From: Candidatus Poribacteria bacterium
Lineage (GTDB): Bacteria; Poribacteria; WGA-4E; JAJDTR01
Reading direction: 5' to 3'
Assembly: GCA_965222225.1 (NCBI GenBank)
Contig: CBDCTK010000002.1
Location: forward strand, 768,001 to 832,000
Length of the DNA stretch: 64,000 bases
Shown: one piece after another, positions 37,458-48,143 of the stretch
Position numbering within the stretch: position 1 is the first letter of the stretch
Layout: each line of letters opens with the position of its first letter
The notes under the pieces: generated by a model
Databases searched by the model: none
The model's input: only the letters and a program-made list of their open reading frames with translations
Told to the model about the DNA's origin: nothing
Position numbers and translations under genes: made by a program

Positions 37458-39221
37458 ATGCGGAAATTGGAAACCACTCCTGATATAACGTTAATAGAGA
37501 TGATGCTTGATGGTCAACTCATTTCTGAAATTGACCATCAACGGATTCTAGAGGATATCCATTCGGCTGGCCTTTCCGTCGCCGAAGCGCTCTTAAACCA
37601 TGTTGCGCCGGATATAGTTGCGTTCGCCAAGAAAGGAATGGAATGCGGTGTGTCATGTGTTCGTCTGGAGAACATCGAACCAGAGCTTGAAACGACACGG
37701 AAGATGCCTGCCGGATTTGCCTATAAAAACAAGATTGTTCCGATTCATTTAGATGGCAAGACACTTACCGTGGCGATGGCAGACGTGCTGGACGTCATGC
37801 TGATTGACGAGATTCGCCTCGTGACCGAGTGTGAGATTAAGCCGGTGCTTGCGGCTGAGGTGGATGTGGAAGCTGCCATTATCCGCATATATGGGAAAAC
37901 GGCGGGAACAATACTTAGCGAAGGCATCAGAGGTCCTGTCGGCGCGGTTTCAACTCTTCAGCGTGAAACGATTGATGATTTTGGTATTGATGAGAAGGAT
38001 CTCAGCCAAGATCCAACCGTAGTACATGCAGTTGATCAGATGATTATTGATGCTGTGCGATTGAACGCCAGCGATATCCACATTGAGCCGTTTCCCGGTG
38101 TGCTCAAGATTCGTTTTCGAATTGACGGTGTACTGGAAGACCAGCCACAACCTCCTTCACACCTGCAATCGGCGATTACCTCGCGTGTCAAGATTATGGC
38201 TGGAATGAACGTTGCTGAACGGCGCCGGCCGCAAGATGGAAAAATTGGAGTTACCGTTGGAAGTGTGGGAAACCGGCAGATAGATTTGCGTGTCTCAACA
38301 GTGCCAACGGTTGCCACATCGCAGGGCGAAAGCCTTGTCTTACGGATATTAGACAGACAGTCAATCTCTTTCGGATTGGAAGAACTTGGGTTAATGGAGG
38401 ACAATCTGTTATGTTTTGAACGGCTAATTCGAAAACCACATGGCATCATTCTAGCGACGGGGCCAACCGGTAGTGGCAAAACGACAACGCTGTACGCCTG
38501 CTTGAAGAAAATAAATACCCCGGAAGTGAAGATTATAACCATTGAAGAACCGGTTGAATATGAACTTGAAGGAATCAATCAGATTCAGGTCAATCCGGAT
38601 ATTGACGTCACGTTTGCGGCGGGATTGAGACATATCCTACGGCAAGATCCGGACAAGGTCTTAGTTGGCGAGATTCGCGACTATGAAACCGCCGAGATGG
38701 CAATTCACACTTCATTGACTGGCCATTTGGTTTTTAGCACACTGCACACGAATGACGCGCCAGGGGCTATAACTCGACTTATCGACATGCAGGTTGAACC
38801 CTATTTGCTTGCTTCGACCATAGAAGGAGTAATAGCCCAGCGCCTCGCTCGAAAAGTCTGCCAGAACTGTTGTGAAATGTATCATCCCGCGGAACTGCAA
38901 TTACAGGAGTTTTTCGGGCACCACTCTCAGGAGATTGAACCAAGTCTTTTAATTCCACGAGCCGTAGGTTGTAAGGAGTGCAGAGACAGAGGTTATAGGG
39001 GGCGCATTGGCATTTTTGAAGTTCTCGTCATGAGTGAGGAAATTCGAGCGATGACGTTACAACACACATCAACGAACCAACTTCGGCACGCTGCGATTAA
39101 GAGTGGAATGAAAACCCTTCGTGAAGACGGCTGGAAAAAAGTTGTTGCCGGTCAAACGACCATGGAAGAGATTATTCGGCTTACGCAAGAGGACGAATTT
39201 GGCATTGGAGAAGTTGCATAG
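37458..39221 (+). CDS. gspE: GspE/PilB family secretion ATPase
   Basis: ASDIHIEP, GPTGSGKTTTLY, LRQDPD..LVGEIRD, TGHLVFSTLHTND, CxxC..CxxC. Confidence 0.92.
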   Translation: MRKLETTPDITLIEMMLDGQLISEIDHQRILEDIHSAGLSVAEALLNHVAPDIVAFAKKGMECGVSCVRLENIEPELETTRKMPAGFAYKNKIVPIHLDGKTLTVAMADVLDVMLIDEIRLVTECEIKPVLAAEVDVEAAIIRIYGKTAGTILSEGIRGPVGAVSTLQRETIDDFGIDEKDLSQDPTVVHAVDQMIIDAVRLNASDIHIEPFPGVLKIRFRIDGVLEDQPQPPSHLQSAITSRVKIMAGMNVAERRRPQDGKIGVTVGSVGNRQIDLRVSTVPTVATSQGESLVLRILDRQSISFGLEELGLMEDNLLCFERLIRKPHGIILATGPTGSGKTTTLYACLKKINTPEVKIITIEEPVEYELEGINQIQVNPDIDVTFAAGLRHILRQDPDKVLVGEIRDYETAEMAIHTSLTGHLVFSTLHTNDAPGAITRLIDMQVEPYLLASTIEGVIAQRLARKVCQNCCEMYHPAELQLQEFFGHHSQEIEPSLLIPRAVGCKECRDRGYRGRIGIFEVLVMSEEIRAMTLQHTSTNQLRHAAIKSGMKTLREDGWKKVVAGQTTMEEIIRLTQEDEFGIGEVA

Positions 39222-39374
39222 TCTTCATGGATTCCTGCTTTCAGTATTCCTTATTTGGTAGTAACCGCTTGTGGACGTAAATCTAGCAACGGATATACAC
39301 ACGAAGGAATCATAAGACTGTCGACTTCTTCAATCGTAACGCTAAGTGTAGAGAACTAGGGACAATATCTACCG

Positions 39375-40598
39375 ATGCCCAGATTTCGCTACGAAGCTCT
39401 TACAAACACTGGTGGAACAGTTAAGAGCGTACAAGACGCAAGTTCCAGAGCGGAACTTGTCTATCAGCTGAAAGCCATGGGCTATTGGCCTCTGGACATC
39501 GTTGAGGATAACGCAGGCGAGACGGGTGACAAACGGATTCAGGTTCCCTGGTTTTCCGCTCGTGTGAAGTCAAAGGATGTGGAATTTTTCACCTATCAGA
39601 TGGCAACACTGATAAATGCCCACATCACTCTGCCACGCGCATTGGCAGTTACGCTCGAACAGATTGATCATCCAGGGTTTCGGCAGATTGTTGAGCGGAT
39701 TAAATACGATATCGAACACGGTTCTACGTTTCATGACGCCCTAAGTCAACACCCAAAGGTTTTTCCGGAGTTGTATGTCAACATGGTTAGGGCAGGAGAA
39801 TCGGGTGCGGTGCTCGGGGTGGTGCTAGAACGGCTCGCAAAATTCTCCGAGCGGCAGCGTTTGCTTAAGGCCGAGGTAATTTCGGCACTTTTTTATCCGG
39901 TAATTCTTTTCACTCTAAGTCTAGGTGTGATAGTTTTCTTGGTGTTGGTTGTTATCCCGAGGTTTGCCGATATGTTCGCCGATTTGGGGATCGATCTACC
40001 TTTGCCAACACGATTGCTGATAGGCACTGTTGGTTTTGTCAAGAGCTATTGGTGGGGGCTAATGATTGGGGGAGCTGCAACTATCTTGGGGATTGTGCAA
40101 TATTCTCGCACTGAAGGCGGAAAACTGGTTTTCGATATCTTGAAACTGAAGCTTCCGCTATTGAGAGCCGTTTGCAGCAACTATGCGCTCGTGCGCTTCA
40201 CACGAACAATGTCAACACTACTAGAGAACGGCGTTTTGCTTCTTCCCGCGCTTCGGGTTGTCAAGGGCACAATTGGAAATTTGGTCTATAGCAATGCGGT
40301 TGCCCAAGCAGAAAAGGGGCTTGAGCAAGGATCGACTTTGTCGAGAGAACTGCAGGAAAGCGCTGTTTTCCCCCCGCTAGTTGTTCATATGGTTGGAATT
40401 GGAGATGAGTCGGGTAATCCGGAGCAAATGTTAGCTAAACTTGCCGATTACTATGACTTGGAGGTACAACAAACCTTACAGCGGTTGACGAGTGCCATCG
40501 GACCGCTTGTAATTTTGATTATGGGAGTAATTGTCGGACTAATCGCGGTGGCAATAATACTTCCGGTGTTTAGGGCAAGTACATCGTTAGCCGGGTGA
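39375..40598 (+). CDS. gspF: GspF/PilC platform protein
   Basis: MPRFRYEA, HPKVFPELYVNMVRAGESG, ALFYP, LPLPT, GDESG. Confidence 0.92.
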   Translation: MPRFRYEALTNTGGTVKSVQDASSRAELVYQLKAMGYWPLDIVEDNAGETGDKRIQVPWFSARVKSKDVEFFTYQMATLINAHITLPRALAVTLEQIDHPGFRQIVERIKYDIEHGSTFHDALSQHPKVFPELYVNMVRAGESGAVLGVVLERLAKFSERQRLLKAEVISALFYPVILFTLSLGVIVFLVLVVIPRFADMFADLGIDLPLPTRLLIGTVGFVKSYWWGLMIGGAATILGIVQYSRTEGGKLVFDILKLKLPLLRAVCSNYALVRFTRTMSTLLENGVLLLPALRVVKGTIGNLVYSNAVAQAEKGLEQGSTLSRELQESAVFPPLVVHMVGIGDESGNPEQMLAKLADYYDLEVQQTLQRLTSAIGPLVILIMGVIVGLIAVAIILPVFRASTSLAG

Positions 40599-40632
40599 AA
40601 ATGGTCGAAAAAGGTTCAATAAGGAGAGACAT

Positions 40633-41082
40633 ATGCTAATGCCAATAAAAACGGGTGAATCGGGGATGACGCTCATTGAACTTACGATTGTGATGGTGAT
40701 AATAGGGCTCTTGGCGGCGCTTGTTATTCCACAGTTTCGCGGCGTGGTTGATGACGCAAAACTGAAATCTGCCCAGAGCGAGATCCAAGTGTTTGAAAGT
40801 GCACTACAACGGTATTCAATTGATGTAGGGGATTATCCGGCCACAGAACAGAGTTTGATTGCGCTTTGGAACGCCGATAGTCTCACGTCAGGAAATTGGA
40901 GGGGACCATACGTATCAAAACCCAAGTTCAAAGATCCCTGGGGCAAAGATTACGTCTACCGGTATCCCAGTAATCATGAGGGATACGATTACGACCTATA
41001 CTCTTTGGGAAAGGATGGCAAAGAGGGCGGCGACCCACCTTTCAATGCTGATGTTACAAATTGGATTGAGTTAGCCGAATAA
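40633..41082 (+). CDS. gspG: Major pseudopilin GspG
   Basis: G|MTLIEL; AL..Y..D.G.YP; WRGPY; DPWG..YVY..P; YDLYSLGKDG. Confidence 0.92.
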   Translation: MLMPIKTGESGMTLIELTIVMVIIGLLAALVIPQFRGVVDDAKLKSAQSEIQVFESALQRYSIDVGDYPATEQSLIALWNADSLTSGNWRGPYVSKPKFKDPWGKDYVYRYPSNHEGYDYDLYSLGKDGKEGGDPPFNADVTNWIELAE

Positions 41083-41118
41083 GCTGCAGATTTCTGTCGA
41101 TTTTCCCTATATGCACTC

Positions 41119-41787
41119 ATGAACCGGATTAGACGCCTCAAACATTTTACCTCGGAGACAGGCTTCACTCTCATAGAAGTGATGTTGGTGCTCACGTTAA
41201 TTGTGATTCTATCCACAATTACAATGCCATCTCTTCGTGGGTTCGCGGGTTCAACGCGCTTAAAGTCATCGGCGTCAGCCATTCGAGATATGCTGCACTT
41301 TGCGCGGGACATGGCTATCACGGAAGGAACTACCTACCTTGTTGTCTTTGATCTCGATCAAAACCGCTATTGGTTGGCCTCAAGTGAAATATTTCTCGCG
41401 TCAGATCTTGACGCGTCTCTAACTACGACTTCATCAAACATTGTCAACCAAATCGACACTCGCTCATCTGATGCGAGCCAGCCATCCGTTTCGCGCACGA
41501 GTATGATTCTCGGTATTCCTCAGGAGCCAAATCACAACATCCGTTTGTCGCAATTGGTTATCAACCATAACTCCCAGACAAGCCACATTCAATCTGGCAT
41601 TGAATACATCTATTTTTCTCCAACCGGTTCCTCGGAAGACACAATTTTGTACATTCAGGACCAAGATGGAGAAGTTGTATCCATTAGTGTGGATGCTGCT
41701 AGCGCTCGCGTACGAATTCAGGATATTGATGCCGAGGAGAACGGGGAGTTAGGCATGCTACCCCCTAGCAATAACCGTATGAATTGA
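41119..41787 (+). CDS. Minor pseudopilin, GspH/FimT-like
   Basis: G|FTLIEVM; AR..AI; YFSPTGS. Confidence 0.8.
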   Translation: MNRIRRLKHFTSETGFTLIEVMLVLTLIVILSTITMPSLRGFAGSTRLKSSASAIRDMLHFARDMAITEGTTYLVVFDLDQNRYWLASSEIFLASDLDASLTTTSSNIVNQIDTRSSDASQPSVSRTSMILGIPQEPNHNIRLSQLVINHNSQTSHIQSGIEYIYFSPTGSSEDTILYIQDQDGEVVSISVDAASARVRIQDIDAEENGELGMLPPSNNRMN

Positions 41788-41791
41788 AGGT

Positions 41792-42244
41792 ATGCGTATG
41801 CAGTTGCGATCGCAGATTAGAGCTTCATCAAAACCTCACCAATCCACGGCGGACGATGACGGTTTCACGCTCGTAGAAATCTTGGTGACCTTGACCGTCT
41901 TGTCGATTGCCCTTCCAGTGTTGATGTATTCCTTTAGGAATGCCGCCCATGGGCAGGCACAATCGGAGAATCGGACTACGGCGGTATACCTGCTTAAGTT
42001 TCGTATGGCGGAAATTGAGCTAATTGGCTACCCGGATATTGGAGAAGAGGACGGTGAGTTTGGTGAAAATTCGCGCTTTCGTTGGCATTCGAGCGTTCAA
42101 GACGTGACATCGGATGAAATCGAGAATCTAAGGCGCGTCACCGTTACCATAATGTGGCAGGAACAGGGAAGGGAGAATTCGATTTCCATGAACACCTATG
42201 TGGCAGATCGGGAAAAGCAGGTGCAAGGACAGAGCGGAAGTTAA
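41792..42244 (+). CDS. Minor pseudopilin, GspI-like
   Basis: G|FTLVEILV; FRW..V; LRRVTVTI.W. Confidence 0.8.
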   Translation: MRMQLRSQIRASSKPHQSTADDDGFTLVEILVTLTVLSIALPVLMYSFRNAAHGQAQSENRTTAVYLLKFRMAEIELIGYPDIGEEDGEFGENSRFRWHSSVQDVTSDEIENLRRVTVTIMWQEQGRENSISMNTYVADREKQVQGQSGS

Positions 42245-42263
42245 CAGGGCTAGGGGCAAGAGA

Positions 42264-43160
42264 ATGAGAATACGGAGAAAGGCAGTTGGAAAACCAGCGA
42301 GTCGACATTCCGGGCAAATACACAGCATGACGGAGCGTGGGTTCACGCTAATAGAACTGTTAATCGGTGTGACCGTCCTTGTCATTGTGGGCGGAGTTAC
42401 CTACAAGGTGTTTGATGCATCGGTAGATGTTTACCACAATTCCGAAACTCGGAAGACTATGGCACAAAAGTGCCGGGTCGCGTTGGATTTCTTGAGTAAG
42501 GATTTGAGAAATATTTATGCGGTGCAACAGGATGATTCGCTCGTTCTCATTTCACAGGATAATCCGAACGAAGCGGGGGACAGGGACATTATTAGCTTTG
42601 TCACACTACAGTATACCGACCCGGATCCTTTCCTCACACAACTAAATCAGGGATTAGAAACTGTACGGGCGGAGGAGTCGCTGCCGATAAGTGACGTACA
42701 GCGCGTCGCTTATTATGTTGGCCCCGATTTGTCACAATCAGGGGCCGAATCCGCAAGCCAGCGAGCCGATTTGACAGTGGCAGATGAGGGTGAGAATCTT
42801 GTTCTCTCGCGGATTGCAACGACCTCAATTGATCCGGAGACGGTAATCGCTTCTCTGTTCGATACGGGGACAATTCCAACAGAAGACGAGGATGGAAATC
42901 CAATTCATGTAGAGATTGCCCAAATAATCGATCGTGTGGCATCGTTCGATCTCAAATACTCGGATGGTGAAGATTGGTACGAGTCGTGGGAAGAAACCAA
43001 TGCCATTCCAAAGGCGGTTCAGATTCTAATCGCGGTGCTGACGGAGGATAATAGTCGAATACGTCAGAATTCGGGGCAGAACACGATGACTCAGTCGACA
43101 ATGATTTATCTACCTATGAGCGCCAATTTCGGAGGGCAAGATACCGGCGGACAGCCCTGA
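42264..43160 (+). CDS. Minor pseudopilin, GspJ-like
   Basis: G|FTLIELLI; DL.N; FDLKYSDGEDWYESW..PKAVQI. Confidence 0.8.
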   Translation: MRIRRKAVGKPASRHSGQIHSMTERGFTLIELLIGVTVLVIVGGVTYKVFDASVDVYHNSETRKTMAQKCRVALDFLSKDLRNIYAVQQDDSLVLISQDNPNEAGDRDIISFVTLQYTDPDPFLTQLNQGLETVRAEESLPISDVQRVAYYVGPDLSQSGAESASQRADLTVADEGENLVLSRIATTSIDPETVIASLFDTGTIPTEDEDGNPIHVEIAQIIDRVASFDLKYSDGEDWYESWEETNAIPKAVQILIAVLTEDNSRIRQNSGQNTMTQSTMIYLPMSANFGGQDTGGQP

Positions 43161-43250
43161 GGAATATCAAGCGGTTGAAGGAATACCGAGGAAGACAGGT
43201 TACGTGCCATGCTTTGCCTTTTCCGTCCCACCCCAAGTATATTAAGGAAG

Positions 43251-44666
43251 ATGCGCCGCTCATCAAATGAACGCGGTCTTTCTCTCGTCGGTACGCTCTG
43301 GATTATAACGATTCTTTCCGTGTTGGCGACACAGTTGCTCCACTCCATTTACCTTGAACGTCGTGTTCAGGCTAATTTTGCGGATCGAACGAAATATCAC
43401 TTTGCCGCGAAGGCGGGATTTGAGCATACGCTTGCAATGCTTCGTGGAGATAGCACGCCGTTTGATTCGCTCGGAGAAGTCTGGGCAGCTACCGTAGAAG
43501 ATCGCATTGAAGATGGTATAATTGACGGGACTATGCTCACCTATCAGGTAGACATTAGCGACGAAAGTTCAAAGGTAAATATCAATACTGCCGAGGTAGA
43601 CACAATTCAGAGACTCTTGGATCTACTAGGTTATGAGAATGTTCAATCTCCCAATCAATCGCTTGCCGATTCAATTGTTGCGAGCCGCCCTTTTCGAACC
43701 GTGCGCGACCTTGCCAAAGTCCCGGGTGTGACTACGACGATACTCTACGGCAGACAACAGCCAACTGTTGGAGGTTTAACTATTGAAGATACTGAAACAC
43801 AGAATATGTCGGGATTGATTAAGTTTACAACAGTCTATTCAGTTGATACGAACACGGATTCGAGCGGTGAAAGACGGCTAAATATCCGGAGTACTGAATC
43901 GCAGCAACTGGTCCAACTTCGGGGCACTAATAATCAACCTGTCTTCAGTCAAGGTGAGGCAGATTCTCTCATCCAACAACGTGATTCGATTGAGAATATC
44001 GGCGATGTTCTCAATCTTAAAGCTATCTCGGAACAAGCCTTCAATAGTATTCGAGATAGGATTCGCACTGATGGCGGTGGAGGTAACGAGGGATTGGTGA
44101 ACATAAACACTGCCGATGCGAATCAATTGCAAACGCTTGATGGCATTGATGAAGGTATTGCCATTCGGATTATCGATCATCGCAACACCCAAGGAAACTT
44201 CCAAAATGTTGATGCAATCAGGGATGTGAATCTAGTCACGACAGATGAATTCAAGAGTATCGTTGATAAGATCTCCACAACTGACGACGAGATATTAAAC
44301 GGTCTAGTCAACATCAACACCGCCTCGTTAGAGGTTCTGCAACTCCTTCCGGAAATGGATGAGTCCAAAGCACAGGCGGTAATCACCCGTAGAGAGTCTG
44401 AGCCAGAAAGTAGTCAACAGACACAAGCGCAATCACAAGATGAAATTGAGGGCAATCCATTTACCGATATTGGTCAACTCCTTGATGTGGAAGGAATTGA
44501 CCCGGATACATTTCAGCAGATAGCAGGGCTCGTTGCGTATCGGTCGCATGGGTTTCTAGTCGAAGCAGCCGGGATTGACGCACGAGGGCGAAAAATCGCG
44601 TCATGTACTGGAGTAGTTGATCGGACGGGACAGACGGTAACGGTTAAGTATTGGCGACAGAATTAG
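43251..44666 (+). CDS. GspK-like minor pseudopilin with extra ComEA-like helix-hairpin-helix repeats
   Basis: G|LSLVGTLW; DSLGEVW; DESSKVNIN; four xNIN/IR-TA..L..L repeats. Confidence 0.8.
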   Translation: MRRSSNERGLSLVGTLWIITILSVLATQLLHSIYLERRVQANFADRTKYHFAAKAGFEHTLAMLRGDSTPFDSLGEVWAATVEDRIEDGIIDGTMLTYQVDISDESSKVNINTAEVDTIQRLLDLLGYENVQSPNQSLADSIVASRPFRTVRDLAKVPGVTTTILYGRQQPTVGGLTIEDTETQNMSGLIKFTTVYSVDTNTDSSGERRLNIRSTESQQLVQLRGTNNQPVFSQGEADSLIQQRDSIENIGDVLNLKAISEQAFNSIRDRIRTDGGGGNEGLVNINTADANQLQTLDGIDEGIAIRIIDHRNTQGNFQNVDAIRDVNLVTTDEFKSIVDKISTTDDEILNGLVNINTASLEVLQLLPEMDESKAQAVITRRESEPESSQQTQAQSQDEIEGNPFTDIGQLLDVEGIDPDTFQQIAGLVAYRSHGFLVEAAGIDARGRKIASCTGVVDRTGQTVTVKYWRQN

Positions 44667-44689
44667 CGCTGAGTACAAAGTAGGTCAAG

Positions 44690-46414
44690 ATGGCGAAAAA
44701 TCTAGTTATAGCTGTTGATATAGGTACAAACACAGTCAAGCTGGTACAGTTTGCACTAAACTCGTCGGAGATACGGCTTGTCAGAACAAGCGTTGCCAGT
44801 TATCCCCGTGAGAGTGCGACCGGAGACATAAACGCGGAAACAGTATCGCGCACCTTCGAAGAACTGTGGCATGAGGTCAAAGGAGGGAAGCACACGGTCA
44901 TATTGTCAATTCCCAGACTGCTGGTGACAACTCGCCGATTAACAGACTTTCCAGCGTCGGCAAGCGATGAGCAGTTGTCCAGTCTAGTATCCATGCAGGC
45001 TGAAACCGAAATTCCCTTTAGTGCGGAAAATGCCATTTTCGACTACCATGATGTTCACCGTGGGGAAAATGGAGTTTCCGTGGAGCTAATTGCCGCAAAG
45101 CGCAAAAGCGTGCAGAAATACATTGATTATCTACAATCGATTGACGTTGTACCGATGGAAATCATTCCGTCAACGATGGCAACCGCAGCGTTAGCACGGC
45201 GTCTCCTTGGTGAGAATGCGCCAGATCAGACTACAATGATTGTCGATATTGGCGCGGGCAACACAGATATCTGTTTGTTTCAAGGGCAGAAACTTGGATT
45301 TTCCCGAAGTTTTCCGATCGGCGGCAACAACCTAACGCTTCGCTATCAGGATGAAGTTGGCGGTGATTTTGAGTTTGCCGAGCGCATAAAGCTGGGACGT
45401 TCCGGGCTTGACCAAGAATCGACTGATAGGATTCCCACCGACCAATGGGCAGAACAGTTGGCAACACAGATTGAGCAGTCAATCGGGGCGGCACGACGAG
45501 AGTCGGAGTCTGCCTCGTCGGCTAAGGTAGATGAAATCTGGATTTCTGGCGGCGGGGCGCAAGTCTCCGGATTGCCAAATTACTTCACAAACCGGCTTGG
45601 AATTACTACGAGGCCCTGGAATCCGCTAGATGCTTTCAGCGAACAGGGTGGGAAGATTGACACGGCGCCTGTGGGCAATATTGGCGTTACCCTTGCTGTT
45701 GCACTAGGACTGGGCATGAATGCGGCTACCCATGACATAACCTTAGATTTGTTGCCCGGAGAAGAAAAAGCCAAATTGACACAGAGTGAACAGAGGCGGC
45801 GATTGATATACAGCTTTGCCGCAGGAGTAGTTCTATTTGCGGGCATTGGGCTTGGCGGGCTAACATTTAGCAGAACCCAGCAGATGGAAACCGCAGTTTT
45901 GGACGAACAGCTACGGCATATCTCACAATCGGAATTGCGAGCGAAACAGGCGCTCGCCAAGAACTTGGCGACTGCCGACCTTTTGACGCCTCGCGTGTCA
46001 GTGCTGGATATACTCCGCGTATTGAGCCTACGATTTTCTGATCGGACTAGGGTTGCATGGACCAATTTCCATATTATTCGTTTGGATGAACTCGACTCGG
46101 CGAAAATTACGTTCAACATTGAAGCTAAATCTCACGGCGATGTAAGTGAAATGATTCGTGTAATGGGGCAGTCGGGACTGTTCGCCAATATAAAATCGGG
46201 AGACGTCACAAGCGTTAGGCGTGAAAGAGAGGTGTTTTTTCAAACTCAAGTCGTGTGTAATCTGTCCCCGGATGCTCCACGATTGCTTGCACAAACTCGA
46301 TTCCCCGGCACAGTGGCCGGAATCCAGGACCGAGGAGAAGAAGAGATAGTACAATCGGACAAAAAATCGACCACAGAACGTCCACAGTCACCAAGCACGA
46401 ATACTAGGTTGTAG
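44690..46414 (+). CDS. PilM-PilN-like fusion (GspL equivalent)
   Basis: Actin-like AVDIGTNTVKLV, IVDIGAG, ISGGGA; LDLLP then TM and periplasmic domain. Confidence 0.8.
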   Translation: MAKNLVIAVDIGTNTVKLVQFALNSSEIRLVRTSVASYPRESATGDINAETVSRTFEELWHEVKGGKHTVILSIPRLLVTTRRLTDFPASASDEQLSSLVSMQAETEIPFSAENAIFDYHDVHRGENGVSVELIAAKRKSVQKYIDYLQSIDVVPMEIIPSTMATAALARRLLGENAPDQTTMIVDIGAGNTDICLFQGQKLGFSRSFPIGGNNLTLRYQDEVGGDFEFAERIKLGRSGLDQESTDRIPTDQWAEQLATQIEQSIGAARRESESASSAKVDEIWISGGGAQVSGLPNYFTNRLGITTRPWNPLDAFSEQGGKIDTAPVGNIGVTLAVALGLGMNAATHDITLDLLPGEEKAKLTQSEQRRRLIYSFAAGVVLFAGIGLGGLTFSRTQQMETAVLDEQLRHISQSELRAKQALAKNLATADLLTPRVSVLDILRVLSLRFSDRTRVAWTNFHIIRLDELDSAKITFNIEAKSHGDVSEMIRVMGQSGLFANIKSGDVTSVRREREVFFQTQVVCNLSPDAPRLLAQTRFPGTVAGIQDRGEEEIVQSDKKSTTERPQSPSTNTRL

Positions 46415-46531
46415 GTAGAATCTCAAGATGAATCCTTTGTGAGTGGTAGTAGATGAGATAACGGTGTTTGAATGTTTTGGTATTGAACGTCACACGCGGG
46501 TTTATTGAGACACTAACGGAAATTGGGTACG

Positions 46532-48037
46532 ATGAGGAAATTAACAAAACGTGAAAAAACGCTGTTAGGTATTGTTGGACTGATTAGCCTCGTAGTCCTT
46601 CTTCTGAGAGTTCTGCCTACAGTTCTGCAAGGGTTGACAGGGACTATGATAGCCGAAAAGCGCGAACGACTTCAATCGGCAAAGAATTTGGTCTTATTGG
46701 ACAAACAGGCGAACCGAATTGACGAGAGTCTACGTGAACTGGTGGGCTTACAGGGGCGGCTGATTTCGGACTCTTTATTTGACGAAATCTCGCAATTGTA
46801 TAATTTACAGACCCTCAACCAAACGCGTCAAATATCGGATTTGGTAGCGTTACATCCTGCTTTGGAGGGCAAAGCGGCGACTCTTTTCGCGTATAAGGAC
46901 CAGCGCGGCGGTTTTACCAAACTGGAAGAATTGAAAACGATTCATGGGTCAATCTTTGAAGGGGAGCAGCCGCGGGTAGTGATTTCGCAATGGATTTCGC
47001 AACTAGCAAGAAAATCTGGTCTCAAACCGGATTACCAACTCAACATCAAACCTTCTCCAGGCAAGAAGACTGAAAAAATCTCTCGTCAGGCAAAACGGAA
47101 TTTCGTTTTGTACAGCTACATGAACGGGCTGGAAGATGAACTTAAGCGCCTCAAAGAACAGGCAGAACAAAAGGCAGAACTGTCACAAGGGAAGCTAGAT
47201 GAAGAGAGTGAGCTGGAGCGTGCGATGTTCGAAGGATGGTGGGGAGATTCTGACTTCGCCAAGGCTAACAACAGCGACATTAAGGATGGCGTATCGCAAG
47301 AAGCCAAACCAGCGAAGGACGAAGCGGCAGTCTACGCCGATCTTAATAGCAATTCCTCATCGGATAGAATTCCGGCTAGAAACCGAGATTTGTCAAAAGC
47401 TAAAGTTCGGTTAAGAAATGAAAATCTAAGTTTCGCACAGTTACCGGCGATTATTCCAATAGAATTGCGGGTCCCATTGATCGAATTTATTCTCTCATTT
47501 ATTACGTTGGAACTAAATGGGGCGACAGAGTTCAAGCGAGGTATCTTTTCAGACCAGATTTCCCGCGTCGATGAAGGCACGTCGCGTAAGTTTCTGGAGT
47601 TTGGACAGACGGGATCCAGTGTCCAAGTTAGGCTTAGAGAGGATAGCGTTCTGCTCGCGAAATTTGAAGATTTGATTGGTCGTTACGAAGCAACTCAGAT
47701 CAATGATTCGGGGGAATCAACTGATGGTATTCTTGACTACGAAGAACAAATAATGGTTTTAACCGAATATGTCGATTATACCGAACTGCAGATTAAACAG
47801 CTCGAAAACTGGCTTGCCGGCGTTTCGTTGACATACCAGCCAGAATTTTACGGTGTTGAGGTGAAGTTCAAAAGTGGAGTAGGCACCATGGTAAAGCTAA
47901 TAGAATCAATTGATGTTTCTACGAAATGGCTGCATGTCAGAAACCTTAAGATTATCAAAGACAAATCGGAGAAAAAAGAGGAGGAAGAAGGAACTAGGGT
48001 CAGTGTGGAGTTATCAATGATGGCACGAATCCTATGA
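46532..48037 (+). CDS. GspM/PilO-like protein, enlarged, with HhH-like insert
   Basis: LTKREKTLL plus TM; KAATLFAYKDQRGGFTKLEELKTIHG; C-terminal VEVKF..MVKLIESID..LHVRNLKI. Confidence 0.55.
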   Translation: MRKLTKREKTLLGIVGLISLVVLLLRVLPTVLQGLTGTMIAEKRERLQSAKNLVLLDKQANRIDESLRELVGLQGRLISDSLFDEISQLYNLQTLNQTRQISDLVALHPALEGKAATLFAYKDQRGGFTKLEELKTIHGSIFEGEQPRVVISQWISQLARKSGLKPDYQLNIKPSPGKKTEKISRQAKRNFVLYSYMNGLEDELKRLKEQAEQKAELSQGKLDEESELERAMFEGWWGDSDFAKANNSDIKDGVSQEAKPAKDEAAVYADLNSNSSSDRIPARNRDLSKAKVRLRNENLSFAQLPAIIPIELRVPLIEFILSFITLELNGATEFKRGIFSDQISRVDEGTSRKFLEFGQTGSSVQVRLREDSVLLAKFEDLIGRYEATQINDSGESTDGILDYEEQIMVLTEYVDYTELQIKQLENWLAGVSLTYQPEFYGVEVKFKSGVGTMVKLIESIDVSTKWLHVRNLKIIKDKSEKKEEEEGTRVSVELSMMARIL

Positions 48038-48143
48038 CAAAAACGCGAGTAGATTGGGGGCAACCCTGTTCTCATTGTGGGAATTAAGTTGCTTAAATCC
48101 GATGAGTACCCCATTGTTTTGGATAGAGGTGTGATTACCAATA

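Noticed and set aside
38036-38578. 180-aa minus-strand ORF (and similar ones at 9891, 45580, 57655)
   Set aside because: Antisense shadows of well-supported genes
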